DNA of 64,000 nt from Octopus vulgaris (taxonomy: Eukaryota). The stretch lies in assembly GCA_951406725.2 (NCBI GenBank), contig OX597822.1:54312001-54376000 (forward strand), given 5' to 3'. Made by a program: the position numbers and the translations under genes. The notes beneath the pieces were generated by a model that saw only the letters and a program-made list of their open reading frames with translations, did not search any database and was not told the origin of the DNA. This document shows, piece after piece, positions 37,191-51,551 of the stretch; within the stretch, counting starts at the first letter, position 1, and each line of letters begins with the position of its first letter.

Positions 37191-38011
37191 TTCTAAGATA
37201 CTACAACAATTGGAATATGAGTCAGGTAGATTATGGCGGTAAATAGTCAAGTCACCCGACCGGGTTGTTGACCAGACCGACAAACAAAACGAATGAAAAG
37301 CATTTGAAAAGATAATGCCGTTATTGTTTCCATGTCATACATAATACTTTGTGCTGGAAAATCCAAGTCGATTGTCTTGAGATGGTAACAGTTTGTACGT
37401 TTATCAAATATTTAAAGGACAATTAAATTCAGGGTGCAACAGAAGAAAAAAAAGAAGAAAAAATAAAAACACAAAAACTCCCATACTTCACACGGTCATT
37501 AGTGCGTCACTAGTGAAGTTAAGAGGGTATTAAAGGTGTCTTCATATCACTAATGTTTTTATTTTTTATTAACATTTTTTTTGTTCAGTTCCCATCATGG
37601 TTTGGACCGGTACACACTGTGTGTTTGCTAATGAAATATTTATCAAGAAGAATGAAACAGGGAGATTTTGGATCTAGTTTTTTCATTCGCAAAATATGCA
37701 TTTATTAAAAGAAAGTAAAAAAATCTGAAAATCGGGCTATAATAAAATACCCTGCCAGTCTCATTGCTTTGAAGGTTTGATGTTGTGGAAAAAAAAAATT
37801 GGAGAAAAAAGTTACAGAGATTTAAAAATCTAAGAAACTGGGTATTTTTAGCCAATAGCGAGACAGAAATTTTCTGCGTTAAGTAGAGCGGTGTCAACTG
37901 TAAGGCTGAACCCTGTGAAATTCATAGTTTAGCGTCTGGCCTGTTCATTGTAGGTTTCTAAATAAACAGAAATACCTAATTTCATTGTGGGTTTCTAAAT
38001 AAGCAGAAATA

Positions 38012-38393
38012 TCTCTCTATATAAACGGCAGTTTGTCTGTCTGCGTGTCTGTGTGTCTGTTAGGTTGTACCTCACCCCGACCACGGCTTTCAACCGATTC
38101 TGATGAAACTTGACACACACATAGCCCAATGTCATAATTCAAAACTAACGCAGCGAAAATTTTGAAAAGTTCCCCCAGTTCTGAAAAAAATCGATAAATT
38201 CGACATGGGGTCGAGAATCAGAAACACAAACCACAGACTGTCTAGGACACGCAACTCGACCTTTTTAACTATCAAAAAAAATTTACCATCATTTTTTTCC
38301 CATTTTTTTGCTATTTTTTGGCTATAACTCTCTAAAAATGCTTTATAGTTATTTTCCCTTACAAACCCGAGCAACGCCGGGCGATACTGCTAG
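38012..38393 (+). mobile_element. Non-autonomous Helitron
   Basis: A|TCTCTCTATATAAA... CCCGAGCAACGCCGGG hairpin ...CTAG|T; canonical Helitron termini at an A|T site. Confidence 0.75.
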
Positions 38394-40384
38394 TACCTAA
38401 TAAAATTAACACGTATCATCTTACTGTTTCTTTTGTCTCTCCATTGATTGTATGTTTATGTTACTTTTTAAAATTTGTTATATCAATGTATTTCTCTGCA
38501 TGTGTTAACTTTATGCATACTTCAGTATTATGTATACCTGCCATGTATTTATGTACATCATTAATATATAAATGCATGTGTATGTGTGTGAAAAGAGGAC
38601 GTCTGTCTCTAAAACTCCAAAGTTGAGCAACGTTTTCATGCTTGGATCTGTAAACTACGATAAAAATAACACTGGTCAACAAAGAATTTGTCCTAAGGAA
38701 AAGAATACCTGTATCTTATATGTTTTTGCACACAGAACTCAAAAATAATGTCAAATTATATGTATCACCAACAGTTTCTCTGTTCCACGATATCCCTCTC
38801 AGTTCCTGTTACGTGGGCTAAATTTCAGTTAAGCTGTTGAACTGTGAAGCTAACGGTTTAAGAAATACTCCTAATTGAATTTTTTATGAATAGAATTAAC
38901 CTAGTGAAATCATAAATCCAGCTATCTGAATCACTGAGTCCCAAAAACATATGAAATTTTAAAAAAATGTGTAAAAATACTAAGACACAGAAAAAGCACA
39001 GAAATATACTAACGCACAGAAGTACTGAAAAATATGTAATATACTAACACACAGAAAAATTAAAACAAAACACGCAGGTGAAATAACATAGACAACAACG
39101 GCACAGACAACAATGAACCACAACACAGCGGTTGCCATGGTAAGAAGCTGCTAATGTCACGCTGTCTGTTGATTGGCTAAAATTACCCAAATTTCCCAAA
39201 TTTAAATCCAAATAACATCAGATTCTTTAGTTTACGAGATAAAGTAATTGGGTGATCGTAATCAAAATTCAGAGTTGCATCGATACACCAAAATTGAAAA
39301 CAATCTGAGCAAAATTAAGGGGGACTCATTTTACGAATGAGAAAGATTAAATCTGAGATTTTTTTTACCACCCACCCTCGGTGTATGTATGTGCATACAA
39401 GCACACATACATACATACATACATACACATACATACATACATACATACATACATACATACATACATACATACATACATACATACATGTATAAGTCAGAAT
39501 ACATGCATACAGATTTATTAACTAGAATAACAAAATAGTACTTCCGGAAAATATGGAACTCAGAGCTGTCTGCATTTAACAAGACCGTATCTCACAAATC
39601 TTTTGCACTACCAGTGCTAGCACCAACATTTGGGATATTGGACGGGACACTTGACAAGATCCGCTACCTGGACATCAAAACTAGATAGGTTCTGACCACC
39701 ACTGGCAACTTCCACATCAACATCGATAGGATCTATGTAAGAGGAGAGAATACTGGTGGAATACCCCAAAAAAACAAAACAAAAAACACAAAAAATCAGC
39801 AATTCGGTGCAAACAACAGACTTGATTTGCTCTGTGGGAAAAGGAACAAAAGTCAAGTACTGTTGTAAAGGTCATTTGTATGAGTGCATCGACAGCTCAA
39901 AAAACACACCAGCTTAACCTATTTCTTTACTACCCACAAGGGGCTAAACATAGAGGGGACAAACAAGGACAGACATAGGTATTAAGTCGATTACATCGAC
40001 CCTCAGTGCGTAACTAGTACTTAATTTATCGACCCCGAAAGGATGAAAGGCAAAGTCGACCTCGGCGGAATTTGAACTCACAACGTAACGGCAGACGAAA
40101 TACGGCAACGCATTTCGCCCGGCGTGCTAACGTTTCTGCCAGCTCGCCACCTTAGCTTAACCACTCATTTAACCATCAGCTTAACCACTTATTTACAAAC
40201 ACCGGGACTTCTCTGAACTCAAAAAGTTTGGTCGCGTTTTGTTAGCGACCAACTTTAACTCTCATTAGAAGAACTTAAGGAAAACTGGAAAGAAAAGAAC
40301 GTACATACATAATACATACATACATACATACATACATACATACATACATACATACATACATACATACACTTTTAGAGGATATCT

Positions 40385-40450
40385 ATAAATGTATTTTTTC
40401 AAAATTCTTACATTTTTAAATAATAATAAAATTGTTTCATTTATGTCTTA

Positions 40451-40533
<83 letters not shown>

Positions 40534-42325
40534 CCAATACAAATACATAATGTACCAATAATAAACAATATGATAATTACAATAAGCACGTAGATTTCTG
40601 CTTGGCATCCAACATCTTAAGGGTTTTAAAAATTGAAAAGTAAACATGTTTTATCTATCAAAATTAATTTCCTTTTAAATGACACGCTAAAGAAGGACCT
40701 GCTTTTCAATATCGTTTCTCTGTAAACATATTTAGGATAGAACCGAGCTGATTGCTCAATTTGATAAGGAGTGAGAATTTTGCTTAAATCCAAAATTCTT
40801 CTGAGTTTTAAGTTTCCAAAACAAGAGAATTTGTAATTTTAGATTCACCCCTCTCCCACTAAGCGAGTGTGTCTAACAGCAAAGTATGCGATTGCAATAA
40901 ATAATCTTTCACATGCCTTTTTTAATCTAAAGAAAAATTACATGAATGTGGCCCAAAATATGATCGTGCGAGGTCCAGTGTGTAAAACACAAATTCGCAA
41001 AAAAAAATTATGCTGTGGAACAGAGACGGCAAAAAGTAACTGGGATCTTAGGCCTAAGGTTCTACCCTGTACCGGTTATTGAGTGTGCTTCGATCCAAAA
41101 TCCTTTTAACCGGCCGTGCTTATCGCGAATATTTCTAACTTCTTGAATCTGGATTTCAAAAGAAAACATTTCAAATCGAGTGTCCTAGTCTACCATCAGC
41201 TATACATTCAGTGCCACTTTCAGCTCAAACGACCAGTATTGGATTGTCCTTCAAACTCCTTGTTGAAGAAGATCATGATGAAGAACTCAGTGATAGTAAT
41301 GATGCAGATTTTGAAATCAATTGTAAGAGATTCGATCGGCAGGTGTTGAATGGTTTGGTATGAGATTCAGGATGCTCAAATTATGGTTCCAGAACTCCAA
41401 GCTTCTCTCTCTCCACCTCTCTCTCCCTCACTCAGTGTCAATACCTCTTTCTATATTCTGTCGGTTCTTTGAAACTGGTGTAGCTAGACACTGACCAGAT
41501 GATTGGTTGAATGGATTTGACCGTTTGACCTCAGTCAAAAAGTACTAAGTCTAAAAAGAGAAGCAATTTCAGCCCTTTCAGAACTCTTGTTAGTTAGATC
41601 AGTTCTGTCAATCAGATTACTGGACCCAATTTTCGCCAACGGAACGAAATCATTTTCTTTTTGATATTTGATGTTCATCATTATATTGCTAGACTTTTGG
41701 AGGCTGAATTCTGATTTAAACACCCCATATAACCCCTCATACTTTTTTGGTCCTTGGGAATTTTGAGAAAATTTTTGCGAATGTGTGCTCTACATTCAAG
41801 AATACATACGATTACACAAAAGTTCTGATTTTTAATTTTTTAATCCTCCCCTTCTAAATTCTAAAAATTCCCCACTTGATTCCTTTTTTAAGTCATGGTT
41901 TCAAAATACGGACAGTCTGAATTAACCATTTGTTTCTCTTTATGGTTTCAAAATGATTTTCAGTGGAAAAGGTGATTTAAGGGAGATTAAGCTGTTGTTC
42001 TAGCACATACCACAACTACCCGATCCCTTCCTCGTTTCATTGTCACTCTAGCACGTATTAATGTCTTTCGATGCTACTTTGGCGTGTGATCTACAACTTA
42101 AAGGGCGATTACTTTTAAGTTTACTTTTCAATTTCTCTTGGCTTTCTGGTAGATGCTTGCTCAATTCATCAATAAAATTATTCGAATTTCTATTTCATCT
42201 TTATTATCATATAGCTATTCAAATTTTCTAATAAATTCTTTTGTACTTAGCCTTATAAATGTATTTTTTCAAAATTCTTACATTTTTAAATAATAATAAA
42301 ACCATGTTTCATTTATGTCTTAGTA

Positions 42326-42378
<53 letters not shown>

Positions 42379-42416
42379 TAATAATGATAATAATGATAAT
42401 AATAATAATAGTAATA

Positions 42417-42484
<68 letters not shown>

Positions 42485-43230
42485 CCAAGAATAAACAATA
42501 TGATAATTACAATAAGCACGTAGATCGCACACGCTTGGCATCCAACATCTTAAGGGTTTTAAAAATTGAAAAGTAAACAAAAAAGTTACCAAAAATAATT
42601 TCCTTTTAAATGACACGCTAAAGAAGCACCTGCTTTTCAATATTTTCTCCCCATAAACATATTTAATAGAACGAGGATGCGCTCAATTTTAAGAATTTTG
42701 CTTAAAACAAAATTCTTCTGTTTTAAGCAAAACAAAAGAATTTGTAATTTTAGATTCTCCCCTCTCCCACTAAGCGAGTGTCTGTGCGTAAAGAAAAAAA
42801 CATTTACTAACAGCGATGTATGCGATTGCAATAAATAATCTTTCACATGCCTTTTTTAAAAATCACTGTAGATAAGCCCCAGCAATAATCTCAGGTTCTC
42901 CAAAATCTGTGTGATTGATACGGATTAAGTCTAATTTGAGCATCCACAAGGATTTATAGAATGAAAAAAATTTAATCTAAAGAAAAATTTTGTCATAATC
43001 GTGCGAGGTCCAGTGTGTAAAACACAAATTCGCAAAAAAAAATTTCTGAACATATCAAAAAGTAAAAAAGTTATGACCGGTTATGGTGTGCTTCGATCCA
43101 AAATCCATAACCGGCCGTGCTTATGCGCGAATATTTCTAACTTCTTGAATCTGGATTTCAAAAGATTTCAAATATTATTGTTGAAATTATAAGAAACAAA
43201 CGACAGTATTGGATTGTCCGTATCTTAAAC
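40385..43230 (+). repeat. Diverged direct duplication (~0.8-1 kb)
   Basis: 40385-41250 matches 42252-43230, including the internal (TAA)n tract. Confidence 0.8.
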
Positions 43231-44311
43231 TCTTGTTAAAAGGAAAAATTCGAAAAAGAATTTTTAGGAATTTAGAGGGTTAAAAAATTAAAAATTAAAT
43301 ATTTTTTGCACATCCTACGACTACCCCATACCTTCCTCGTTTCTTTGTCACTCTGACATGTTTTGCTTCCCGTGTGTAGAACACAAGTTAGCAAAAATTT
43401 TCTGAAAATTTCCCATCCCAACTAAAAAAAATTATGAGATGATATATAGTGTACTCAAAGCAGAATTCTGCCTTTTTTTTTAATGTCCTTCGTAAGCTGG
43501 AATTTCTCCCTTTTGGCCAAGATCTTTCGCTGGTTCGTTGATTTATGAAATTATCTTCTGTTTTATTCAAATTGATTCTCAATTCACTCACGCACACACA
43601 TGCGCATATTTCTTTTATAATTTTTTTTTAACTTCCGAAATATTAGTCCAAATAACTGAAATATGTGTTATAGAACTTTTGAAAATTAATTTTTCAAAAG
43701 AAGTCTTTGAAAGGAAACAATTTATTATAAATGATGCTAGACTAACGTGGAAATGATCTAATTTGCAAAGATACAACAAGGAATGTATTCGACGAATTCA
43801 GATGAATCTGTATGAAAAACAAGAAAGGTTAACTGGAAGTGCTTTGCTATATAAGTTACGAGGAAAACGCCCCCCGTCCAACGGACGGTGCTGAGTTGTC
43901 AAACATTTAAACCAAATTTTCTCAAAACAACTTGTCCGACCGTCCCATAGACCTCCCCTTTGAGAAACACTGATTTAACCTAAATTTGAGACACCAGCAA
44001 AAGAAGAAATAAATATAGACATTTTTCTATTCCAAAGAAAAAGGATTTTATTCACACAAATATGCAACCGAAGAATTTAAAGTACCAGTAATGATAAGGC
44101 TGTTGACTGGGAGAACACAAACATGGTTTAAACAGTAAGGTTGGCAGGAAAGAAACGTGCCTTTAAGCAGTACAAAAATAACAAAAAAAATGGAAGGTGC
44201 AGTTATGTATAGGTTGACGGAAGAAAAGCAGGACAAAAACGGCTTTATCGATCGCATTCTCACCTGGAATCGATTTTTGTAATTTTTTCAAGACTTATAC
44301 ACGCCCTGATA

Positions 44312-44726
44312 CCTATTTCTTTATTACCCAAAAGGGGCTAAACATAGAGGGAACAAACAAGGACAGACATAGGTATTAAGTCGATTGCATCGACCCCAGT
44401 GCGTAACTGGTACTTAATTTATCGACCCCGAAAGGATGAAAGGCAAAGTCGACCTCGGCGGAATTTGAACTCACAACGTAACGGCAGACGAAATACCTAT
44501 TTCTTTATTACCCACAAGGGCTAAACATAGAGGGGACATACAAGGACAGACATAGGTATTAAGTCGATTACATCGACCCCAGTGTTTCACTGGTACTTAA
44601 TTTATCGACCCCGAAAGGATGAAAGGCAAAGTCGACCTCGGCGGAATTTGAACTCAACGTAACGGCAGACGAAATACCGCTAAGCTTTTCTCCCGGCGTG
44701 CTAACGTTTCTGCCAGCTCGCCGCCC
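44312..44726 (-). mobile_element. SINE family B with tandemly duplicated 3' part
   Basis: A ~183-bp block CCTATTTCTTTATTACCCA..GGCAGACGAAATA occurs twice. Confidence 0.8.
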
Positions 44727-44899
44727 TGATACCGTCGGTATCTACATATCAAATTTGAGCGCAATCCGATGGCGGATGCCCGAGATCCATGAAGACACAC
44801 ACACACAAACAGACAGACAGAACGGATTTTATATGAGATTCTGTTGGCCATATTTCTTATTTAGTTTGGAAAAAGTGTGATAAAGGTTACGCTGATATA

Positions 44900-46400
44900 A
44901 ATAATCTACATATGGCTATGCTAAAACATGAACGTTCACAAAGACATTTGGAAAGGTTCTCATAGACTTACAATTAGATAAGTATAAGAAAAAAACAGGG
45001 CAGACAATAGCATAATGAAGTTGGACGAAAAAGATCCATTCTGTGGCAATTGATCGATGCAGATATTTTCCTCGGTCGCGAGGAATTATCATTTCTGGGT
45101 CATTTTGAATGCAAAGAATCCAATAATCGTTGTAATTATAAAGAGCTCTCATATTTAACCAGTAAATATGACGAGAAATTGGCATGCCATCTAGATACAG
45201 CTTTTATTTTCTCAAGTCTTTCAAAAGGAATTCATAACGACTTGATCGATGCAATTCAAAAGGATATATTGAATGAAATAGAAAATGAACTGAAGCAGGC
45301 AAAATATGTAGCTATTCTTATCGGTGAAGCGTCCGATGTATCGAGCTATTCATAACTATCAAGTGTTTTGCGCTATATTACAAAAGATTGCGTTACTAAA
45401 GAACGATTTATCGATTTTAATCGATGTTAGTGCAGACCGTCCTGCAAATACTTTATCTGAATAAAGAAGTGTGAAAACAATTGTGCACAAACCTATGAGG
45501 GTGCCGATACAACGGCAAAACAATTAAATGTGTTGCAGTCAAACTTAAAAGAAAAGTATGAATGTGCGATCTTTGCTCATTGTTGTGCTCATGTCCTAAA
45601 TTTAGTTGTTTCACAAGCATGCTCTCTTATAAAAGAATGCAAGATATTTTTTCCACAATAAATAGACTGGGTATATTCCTTTTAAGAAATTATCTAAAAA
45701 GTGTTAATGCTTTAGATAACAGAGTTTAAAAATGGAATCCCCAAATCTACAGTATTTAGATGGAATTACTCCTAATGTCTTATAATTACTACAAAGTGAA
45801 TTGTAATTTCATAATCAGCATTTTTTAAGACATTATTCAAAAACCTGAAGAATAGGCTAAGAGCACAATAAATTCTGCAATTGGGTCCTTGTATAATTTA
45901 AAAGCTCCCCGATATCTTATTTTTATTAGAAGTTTTTAGTGTCACATTTTCTTTCACTGATGTCTTATTTATCATCCTTTAGACTAAAAGTCATAGCATA
46001 GTGTATTGTAAATAGTAAATAGATAAAACTAGAAACGTACTCGAGAATAAGATCGGTGATTTTTTTTCAATATTTTATAATTTTTTTGAGGGTGTGGGGG
46101 TGGAATGTGGAATCATTGCAACAATCGAAATTAAAAGATTCAGGAATAAAGTAATTGATCTCCAACAGCATTATATATTACTCAATAATCAAATTATTGG
46201 CACAATATTTGACCAATTAGAAGAGCTTAAATTCATAAAACTTTCCAATTTCAGCAAAGGTGAGGAATACTGCAAAGAATTTCCAATGGATGCTTTAAAT
46301 TCTTAAAAAAACACTTATGATAGTTTAAAAAAAAAATAATTCGATAACGGAGTGAACTAAATATTATGTGTTCCATGCAAGATTTTAAAATGCAAAGTAA
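44900..46400 (+). pseudogene. Decayed hAT-superfamily transposase (ZMYM1/DUF4371-like)
   Basis: FLGREELSFLGH.E, NDLIDAI..EIENELKQAKYVAILIGEASDVSS, QTYEGA and HCCAHVLNLV motifs, with many stops and frameshifts. Confidence 0.8.
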
Positions 46401-46899
46401 TGGTGTGAAGATCAACAATTGCTGAAAGACCACAAAACAGGTCAACACACTCCTTGTCAACGCTGTTACCCTCGGGAAGGGAGTCTAGCTTCAAATTTGC
46501 AGTTCATTAAATTGACCCCTGTACTTGATTGGTTCTGGTGTATTCTTTATCAACAGTGAGGATGATAAGCAAAACTGACCGCAGTGGGACTTGAACCACA
46601 TACAGAACGTAAACATTTCTAGACATTAACACGGGGTATTTTGTTTGATGATCTAACCATTGAGCCATTAATCACTCTATACTCATATAGAGTTAGACTT
46701 AATACATACTAACATCCACTCACAATTGAGCCATGTTACACAGTACACATAAAATGACACAGAAAGACATGCATACATATAGTATGCACATACAGGAAGA
46801 CACCATGGGTAATATCTGGAAATATGGCACATGTACAATAATTACGATTCAACTTTTACGAATGTTGATATAATGTCTATTATATAACTAACAAGATTA

Positions 46900-48690
46900 T
46901 AAAACAGCTGTAAATGAATTGGTGGTGGGGTTCCTCGATTATCCCTAGAGGTCCTCCTGCATCAGGAGGACCACATCACGTGTATTCCATTTGGCCATGC
47001 TACCTTGTAAGAATTTGGAAACGAGAGGAGAGATCTTATATACATCAAGGGCCTTAAATAGCCATTTATGTGTGACCCTATCAAACGCTTATCCAAGCTA
47101 AACTCAGGTTCTTTTTGCTCTGGCAATTCTCTACAATCATTTTATTTGTAAATAATTGATCTTTGGACCCTTTAGAATTACTTTTACAGCCTTTTTGAGC
47201 TTGTAGAATTATAGAGTTCCGTTCAAGGAAAGCATATTCTTTCATTTAATATAGATGTGAGGGTCTTGTAGGTGGTGTTGAGACATGTTGCTGGTCGGTA
47301 GTTTTGTGATTTTTAGTGCCTTCAGTTTTGGGTAGAAGGTATGTTGTTCCTTCAATCAGTCAGGCAGGTATTCGCTCTAGGTTCTGGATGATATCAGTTA
47401 GAGATGCAGCGAAATTTTCGTGTATTTCTATCAAGCAATTCAGCCAGAAGTTAGGAATCTAGTCTAATCCTAGGACTTTTTTTATTTGTGAGACTTTCTA
47501 AGAACACATCTTAGCTCTTCTATTCCTATTGTTTCCCATTTCTGATCTTCAGCTTTATCCAAACTCACTTTCTTACGCTGTATCCAGTGAGCGTCAGCAC
47601 TATATTCCTTTTCGTTGTTCCATGCCTTCTTCCGGAGCTCTTCCATTCCCTCAGTCTTAGCGGGCTCCTTTTGCCAATTTCTCTATAAAATTTCTTTGCA
47701 TCTGCCATGAATACCTTGTTTTGTCGATAAAATTTGAATTTTTTAGAATACTTTCTAAGCCGTTGGACTTTCAGCTGTATTCGCCGTTTCAATAGTTCCT
47801 TGGTTGCAGGGAGGATTATAAAATTTCTGATTTTATATTTTTACTTGATTTTTCAAGCCTGTTTCTTCTTAAGATTTACTCCTCTAGCAAGTTCTTCGAG
47901 AACTGATGCATGTGCCCGCAGAGATTTGATCTCTTTTTGTAATGCTACTTTCCACTTAGGAGGCCTAGTGACATGGTTGGCTCTTTTCCGTGTGGTCCTG
48001 ATACCTTGTTGAGCAGTTACAACTTTAGCAGTGGAATAAATGAAGTTATATAAGGTTGTTAGGTCATTTCCCTTATTTCTTAAGATATTTCTAAGAGAAA
48101 CATTATATACCATGATTGTGTTGTTTTTTATGCTGTTTAAGTACTTACTAAGTTCTCTCATAATATCTTCTTTTGCTTCTATGATCTCTTTATTATTCAC
48201 CTCAAATTCTGTGTCATATCTTTTCTGGTGTTCTTGAACCAGGTCTACTTTCTCCTCTTTTTCCGCATATCTATTCTTCGCTATTCTTTTTTAAGCTTCC
48301 TCGTTGGGGTGTACTGCTTGTACACTGGGTTCTGTGCATCTATCACTTATTTCATCTGCATTGTTGCTGATTTCATTTGGTTTACCACGAGATATTTGCG
48401 TCCAAATTTGGCTAATTTTAGCGCCAGCTAACCTTTTATGCTTAATGATGTTTCTACGTACTTTACTTAATTTATTAGCATCTACATATCTGCATACTTC
48501 ATTGCCTATTAAGCTTCTCCATGAAATGTATGTTTGTACAATGAGGCTATTGTTTGGGTTTAGCTGGGCTGTATAGCAATCTCTCAACAAATCTCTATAA
48601 TTATCTCTAGTCCATTTTATGCATTTTACCTTAAGTGGTGTTTTTGGTGGCGTCACTGCAGGTGTAGGGTTAGGGTTATCCTGATTCTGG
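46900..48690 (-). mobile_element. Decayed Dong/R4-like LINE, 5' part and RT start
   Basis: KWTRDNYRDLLRDCY, PPKWKVALQKEIKSLR, RLRKYSK..YRQNKVF..AKKFY and NYRPATCL remnants. Confidence 0.75.
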
Positions 48691-48704
48691 TTACCTAGTA
48701 GATC

Positions 48705-49116
48705 TCTTTACTCTTTTTTACTCTTTTACTTGTTTCAGTTACTTGCCTGCGGCCATGCTGGAGCACCGCCTTTAGTCGAGCAAATCAACCCCAGGACTTA
48801 TTCTTTGTAAGCCTAGTGCTTATTCTATCGGTCTCTTTTGCCGAACCGCTAGGTTACGGGGACGTAAACACACCAGCATCGGTTGTCAAGCAATGCTAGG
48901 GGGACAAACACAGACACACGAACATACACACATATATATATATACATATATACGACGGGCTTCTTTCAGTTTCCGTCTACCAAGGCCACTCACAAGACTT
49001 CGGCCGGCCCGAGGCTATAGTAGAAGACACTTGCCCAAGATGTCACGCAGTGGGACTGAACCCGGAACCGTGTGGTTGGTAAGCAAGCTACTTACCGCAC
49101 AGCCACTTCTGCGCCT
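48705..49116 (-). mobile_element. SINE family A
   Basis: Full-length reverse copy. Confidence 0.85.
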
Positions 49117-49869
49117 ATCGTTTTTTTTAGTTTGTTCCAGCAGCAGACTTTTCAACACCAGTTTGGTTCTCCACGGGGTAATGCGGTCCTTGTTGACCCG
49201 GGTGATTACTGATCCGGCATGAATTTTGGCTTGTCATTAAAGCATTGACGGTGACAATAGGAGACGGGTCCGATTGTTCAAGGTTGACTTTTTTGACATG
49301 ACACCGCTTCCTTGTCCTTCGAATGTATATATTTGTCATATCGTAGGCTGATAGATAGAAAATCGCCTCTATTTTTTATTTTTTAGATGTTTAGTGATGT
49401 TTTAAACCGAGTGACTAATTTGCTCCATTTTGTTGGAAGTCGCTTTGTTTTGTTTGTGTTTTTCTTTTATTTTCTGTGTGAACGTGTGTGTAGTGTAGGC
49501 ATTATTTATGCTGCTTATAAATATTACCATGTGAACATGGATGCATAGATAGTTGCATGTTTAGGTAATTATTCAATTTACGTACTTACTGTGTAATTGG
49601 TGTGTTTCTCCAGGGTTCCTCGTGCTGGTTTCGATTTCTTGCGTATGTTGCATTGAGATACCACGCATTTAAAAAAGATACTATACTTTATATAACAAAA
49701 ATCTTGCCGAATTTTTAGTTCCTTTGCTTTAACAGAACTTTTGCCACAATTGAATTGCGAAGTTTTCCTTCCATTGCACCGATGTTATTGGTTTAAGATT
49801 GTTTTGTGAAGAGAGCTTCTTAGTGTACATCCAAGTTGTTATTTAGCCCGGAGCTATTCTTCTTATTAT

Positions 49870-51310
49870 TATTGGGCAAATCACCTGGTATGGATGGTCT
49901 GCCCTACGAGCTTTACGCTTACATCCCTTTACGCTTACATTCGGCGACCTCTAAGCAAACCTTTACTGCAACAGAATGGGAGAATTTCCAGTTTCGTGAG
50001 CCGAGGATCGGTGGCGTTGCCGAGAAAAGACCCGAACAAGGGAGATTGTATTGACAACTTTAGACTCATAACTCTGCTGAATGCAGGGTTCAAAATGTTG
50101 GCCAAAGTGTTAGCTACGGGGTTTGTGCTTGTCGTCGAGGATCTGGGAGAGGAGGCACATGACATGCGTCATCCCGAAAAGATCCATCCATGACAATCTC
50201 CACCTCATGTGATATATCATTGAGAAAGTGGGTAAAGAAACTGGCACAGGTGGGGCTCTGATCTATTCAGATCAATCTAAAGCTTTCGAGAAGTTCAACC
50301 ATTTATACCTGACGGTGGTACTCGAGCCACCTGGTTTCGGGCCTGTATTCAGAGGCTGGATCGCTGCAATCCACATTGACATCTGAAAGATCGGGCAGAT
50401 ATCGCGTCCGTCATCTACTATCAGTTGACCGTCGTGCCTTACCCCGGTCACCGTCTGATTATGTTGGAGCGCATACTCTTCCGTTTCTTGCGGAAGGGAC
50501 ACATCCCGATGGTCAGGCGGTCTATCTGATGTCAACACCCGATGCGTGGTGGCCTGGGTATGCCGTGGTTGATGATGTGCAGACATGCGCTGAGGCTACG
50601 ACATCTCCAGTGTTTTCTTGGCGGTGAACAGGCGTGGTCGCCGTTCGCCAGACACGTATTTCTGCAGCTAGTTTCTTTAACAGAGCTGCGGTCCTGGGTA
50701 AAACAGAGACTGATAGGGAGCATTTGGAAAGTGGAATGTCTTCAAGGGCTCCCAGTCCTCAGCCAATCGGACACTGCGATAGGTGGAACGTCCATTTTAG
50801 CTTTTTATAAAGGATTAGTGGAGGGGAAAGTGCGACGACGTTCTTGGGGAGACCTTGGGCGTCAAAGATCAACTAGCCGCCCTTTTCCGGAGAACTTTCG
50901 CCTGGGACCGATGGATAATTTTCAAAATCTCTGGCCTGGCAGTGCTACCAGGGAGCTTTGACTGTTCGAGATATGCTTTTCAAGCACGGAAGTGTTGTCA
51001 GCCAGCTGCAAGTCCGAGAAGCACGCAGGACGGTTCTGCATGCACTCCTCCGTTTCCCAAGCATTGCTGACCTGTGTGTTTCTGTTTCAAGTTTCACTTG
51101 ACAAAGAAAATAAGGGTAGAGAGGGAAGTATTGTATTCCAGCCAGTTTGCTGAAAGGTGGATGAAAGTAGCGAGATGGTGTGAGTGAACAGGCCTGCCCT
51201 AATCATACGCCTGTAGTTGGAAGAAAAGGAAAGGAGAAAAGCACTTGCCCCCAAAATTTGGGTATCCATGGCTTTTATTTGGTTTTTCTGTGAGCATCCC
51301 TTAAACATGT
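49870..51310 (+). mobile_element. Decayed L1/Tx1-like reverse transcriptase
   Basis: KSPGMDGLPYELY, NFRLITLLNAGFKMLAKVLA, IHDNL, DQSKAF and GGLGMP motifs, frameshifted. Confidence 0.8.
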
Positions 51311-51478
51311 CCTCCCTAATAAGGATTACACATTGTTGATCTTTTAATTAAAAATATAAAAAAATTGTTAGTCTTGTTTACACGCAAACCCCTCAAAACA
51401 CACACAACACACATTCTTTGTTTCGTCCCATGCTGTCCATGCCTTTCTTAATGTAAACCCTTGTGGTTAATAAAGAAA

Positions 51479-51543
<65 letters not shown>

Positions 51544-51551
51544 GTTATTAT

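Noticed and set aside
37062-37283. ORF-track 73-aa ORF over exon 1
   Set aside because: Wrong frame; the aquaporin AEFLGT frame starts at 37147.
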